The notes under the pieces are model-generated. The model was not told the DNA's origin, did not search any database, and worked only from the letters and a program-made list of their open reading frames with translations. Positions 54,601 through 64,000 of a DNA stretch of 64,000 nt are shown here, piece by piece. Source of the stretch: Lingula anatina. Its lineage: Eukaryota; Animalia; Brachiopoda. Positions within the stretch are counted from its first letter, which is position 1; each line of letters begins with the position of its first letter. The DNA lies in assembly GCA_051362555.1 (NCBI GenBank), contig CM120643.1, positions 16,434,848 through 16,498,847 of the forward strand, read 5' to 3'. The position numbers were made by a program, and so were the translations under genes.

Positions 54601-54683
54601 AGGACTACCGCAAATTCCAAGCCCAAAGAAACAGCGTCGACCCAGACGACATGGAGGAGGTTATTGAGGACGAAGACGAGTGA
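41976..54683 (+). CDS. Divergent ANTP-class (NK-like) homeobox transcription factor, Hlx/Dbx-related, ~362 aa
   Basis: Exons 41976-42381, 44435-44722, 53913-54136, 54513-54683 (TGA) total 1089 nt in frame. eh1 motif LKFGIDSIL at 42309-42335. Homeodomain RLWKRTVYTPEQKRYLESQFQAQKFVDVFERRRLAFVLGLTDEN/VKVWFQNRRKRWRRAL with an intron between positions 44 and 45; acidic C-terminus. Linking exons 1-2 to exons 3-4 across 9.2 kb is inferred from phase and motif logic. Confidence 0.82.
42933..42966. repeat. (CT)n microsatellite
   Basis: Perfect dinucleotide run. Confidence 0.9.
45494..46125 (+). mobile_element. 5'-truncated non-LTR retrotransposon (CR1/L2-group) fragment in homeobox intron 2
   Basis: Translation ITKKASKRIYFLQHLKRAG...YYQTVIRPILEYAAPVWH...LVEKSQERVLKII...LELLSERR is typical of the post-RT C-terminus of CR1/L2-type ORF2. 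It is followed by a frame disruption, an AT-rich 3' UTR and a terminal CAACCCTCGGGTTG hairpin. Confidence 0.82.
47761..47990. mobile_element. Degenerate MITE-like element
   Basis: Begins CAGGGGCGT and ends ...ccgaactctccctgtctgcaggtctg, resembling the termini of the 34530 element; internal GGGCGGTT/AACCGCCC hairpin. Confidence 0.35.
51600..51636. repeat. Poly-T tract
   Basis: Mononucleotide run of about 37 nt. Confidence 0.9.
53443..53487. repeat. Perfect 17-bp inverted repeat with an 11-nt loop
   Basis: AAGATATTATAATCGCA-caggcttgcaa-TGCGATTATAATATCTT. Confidence 0.9.
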
Positions 54684-57039
54684 CGCAACAAGGTTCTTTG
54701 TCCTCTGCAGGACGATTACTTTAAACACAGCGTTTTGACAAACGCCGTTGATGGATGCCCAGACGACATAAATGGCACCAACGTTTTCAATGTCAAGGAC
54801 AAATACGTCTAGGTCAAGGGCAGTGCCATTATTGAAGATGTCCTAGGGTTCCTGCACTGCAAAATATTCCAGGAGTGGCACGGAAAAAGCATCCTGATAC
54901 TGTCTATACCGCAAATGGAAGGATGTCTTTATTTTAAATGTTAGTGTCAGTCAGTACCCGCGAGCTTTAAGTTTTAACAATTATTCAAAAGGGCAGACAA
55001 AGCACTTCATTGTCCTTTCTTGGTTAAGTTTTACAAGAGCATCTCAAGGGACAGAAAAAAAATTACAGAGAAAAGCACATCCAAATTACCAAAGTCGTTA
55101 TAGTAGTTGCAGTACTGATAACACCGGTAAAGATATCTTAATGTTTACAGGTGATAAGAAACCTGAAATGCTAGTTATCCAGCCTGTTAAAGCTTTAATC
55201 ACCAGTTATACACATCAAATTCCAAAGAAATAAACAGGCAACTTGTACATAATCATACATGCTTTATGGAGGCTAAGGAAGCAGAGCTTTAATTTTAGAT
55301 TAGGTATTTATATGCATCCTCCAAGGTTGCCTAAGATGGCGTCATTGCAGATGGGCTTGGTTTTACGGGCCGTTAGTTATTTCTTCACTCTACTCCTTTT
55401 CTTCAAATACCCTGAGAGCTATTTACATGTTTTGGTGTCATCATATTTTAGACTAGAATGCAGTAAAATTTGAAAGATAACACTGAAATGAGCTGCTTTA
55501 AAAATTTGGGAAATAATTTATGTATCCAAAGTACCTCATTTTAGTATAAAAGGCATACTGTTCATAAAACATGAAGACAGATGACTGGTAATTGTATATA
55601 CCAAAGAATATATTATTTTTGTTGTAAAAATGAAAGACATTAAATACTTGTAATTACATATATACAGTATATACATTGTAAAAAATAAATATATACATGA
55701 AGAGAGAAGCAGGCAAACAACTAAAAGTTGACTATTTTTGTTTCAGGAATTAAAGTTTCACTTTCATGCAGTTTATGGTAATGACTTGCTTTTCTTTTCT
55801 GGGGAACATTGTGAATTTTGCAGATACAGGATTAAAGTAAAATTCTCTACTGAAATAATGAGTCATTATCGTATTTTGTTAGTGCATGCATATTATTAAA
55901 CCAGTAACATACAATGTAAAATTATATATCATAATATTTACATTCTTAACAACATGTACATAATAACTCAAAAAGGAAATTAAATACTTCAATTGTTCAA
56001 TAAACTAACATTTAAAAAAATTCACAAGAACCCATCTTGTTATTTATAACTGTTACTATATATTGGATGGATAAGATATTCCTGAAAGATTTTTAATAAA
56101 TAAAATGCTTATCAATAATAATTTAATGAAATTTCAAATTGTACTACTTCCAGGTGTGGCATCCGATGCATGGATATTGGGACTCAGTAGTTCTTATAAC
56201 ATCCATGTGACACTAAATGTAAATCTATAGTCCAAATACTTACAACACTAAGAGATTCAACAAAAGCTTTACAAAGTTAGTCAGGCAGCAGATAATAAAG
56301 TACTTTGTATTCAGATCAATTTTTATAAGATTTTTTTTTAAATAATGCTAGCACAAATTTAAGGTACAATTAAAGACCTTACTAATGGTCTTTCTATTAA
56401 TCTGGGCATAACTTCTATAACTTCCACCCCTTTTATTGAAGTGACTCAAAGCCCCATGATTATAATCAAAAACCACACAGTGAAAGTATCGTGTGAAAAT
56501 ACCTAGCCAGCAGATACAAATAATAGGTGATTGTCCTCAAGAAGAGAGAGATGGCCAAGATAGCCATGTAATATTAACCTTTGCAGTACACCAGGCACGC
56601 AAGACAGTGCTGGGTTAGGATATCTGACCTTATGTGAAAAACAAATGATCGCTAAATGATAACAACACATCATGTGTGTTTTAAGGACAACTAATATATA
56701 AACATCAACAAAGAAAATATTTTTAAGAAAATATAAAAACAATTTGACTTCTAAATTTCATAAGGGTAATATTTGGCCAACTATTTGACACAAAATAAAG
56801 TTTTTAAAGTCCATTACTGGACTACATTATTATAGTTGATCACACGTTATACATATACTAGCAAGGCAAGTGCTTGCAGAAACAGGGTAACATGGACAAA
56901 TTTTTAGGCCAGTAGTTTCCTTACAAGTGGACCTGTACATTTTTATCTCAGTCGGAAGCACACCAAAATTAAAGATATCTTAAATTAATACCAACTACAT
57001 GTACTATGTACATCTGATGTCTAAACCTGGCATCCAGCA

Positions 57040-63656
<6,617 letters not shown>

Positions 63657-64000
63657 CTGAAATAATAAATTCAATTTGAAACAAAATTATTACTTTACAA
63701 TGAAATATATTGAAAAAATATCTTCTCTACAGATGAACCACATAAAATATGGTGGACAAAAATGCCTTTATCATATATTAAACATTTACATTTTTATACA
63801 CCATTTCAAATTTGATAGATTTCAAGTGAAGTAAAGACAGAAGCTGGGGGGGGAGATTTTCCCCTACATCCCTTCCCCAAATTTTCAATGTTTTGGCCAA
63901 TTGGAGTGGTAAGAGTAGATATAAAGTTCCAGATGAAAGAATCTCATATAATGAAGAAGTAGTAGCATTGTCACTGTCAGAGAGGCAGCAAACAGCTATA

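Overview
AT-rich, intron-containing animal (invertebrate-type) genomic DNA. I reconstructed five spliced protein-coding genes by hand from GT..AG boundaries, and the exon phases are consistent throughout. (1) The 3' part (at least 5,562 aa, start upstream of the window) of a giant type-I transmembrane mucin, + strand 1-19665. It has 19 complete plus 1 partial peritrophin-A/CBM14 chitin-binding domains in Ser/Thr/Pro spacers, one 14.2-kb exon, then SEA-like, EGF, a TM helix and an 11-Tyr cytoplasmic tail ending in four YGGS-x-R repeats. (2) CENP-L on the - strand, head-to-head with (3) CTDP1/FCP1 on the + strand. (4) A divergent ANTP/NK-like homeobox gene with an Hlx-type eh1 motif (41976-54683, +), inside a CpG-rich ~23-kb domain that also holds MITE-like elements, a long inverted repeat and a LINE 3' fragment. 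(5) The 3' exons of rotatin (RTTN, -). The most unusual items are the membrane-tethered chitin-binding mucin with a signalling-type tail and the divergent Hlx-like gene. Family assignments come from motif recognition from memory, not from database searches.
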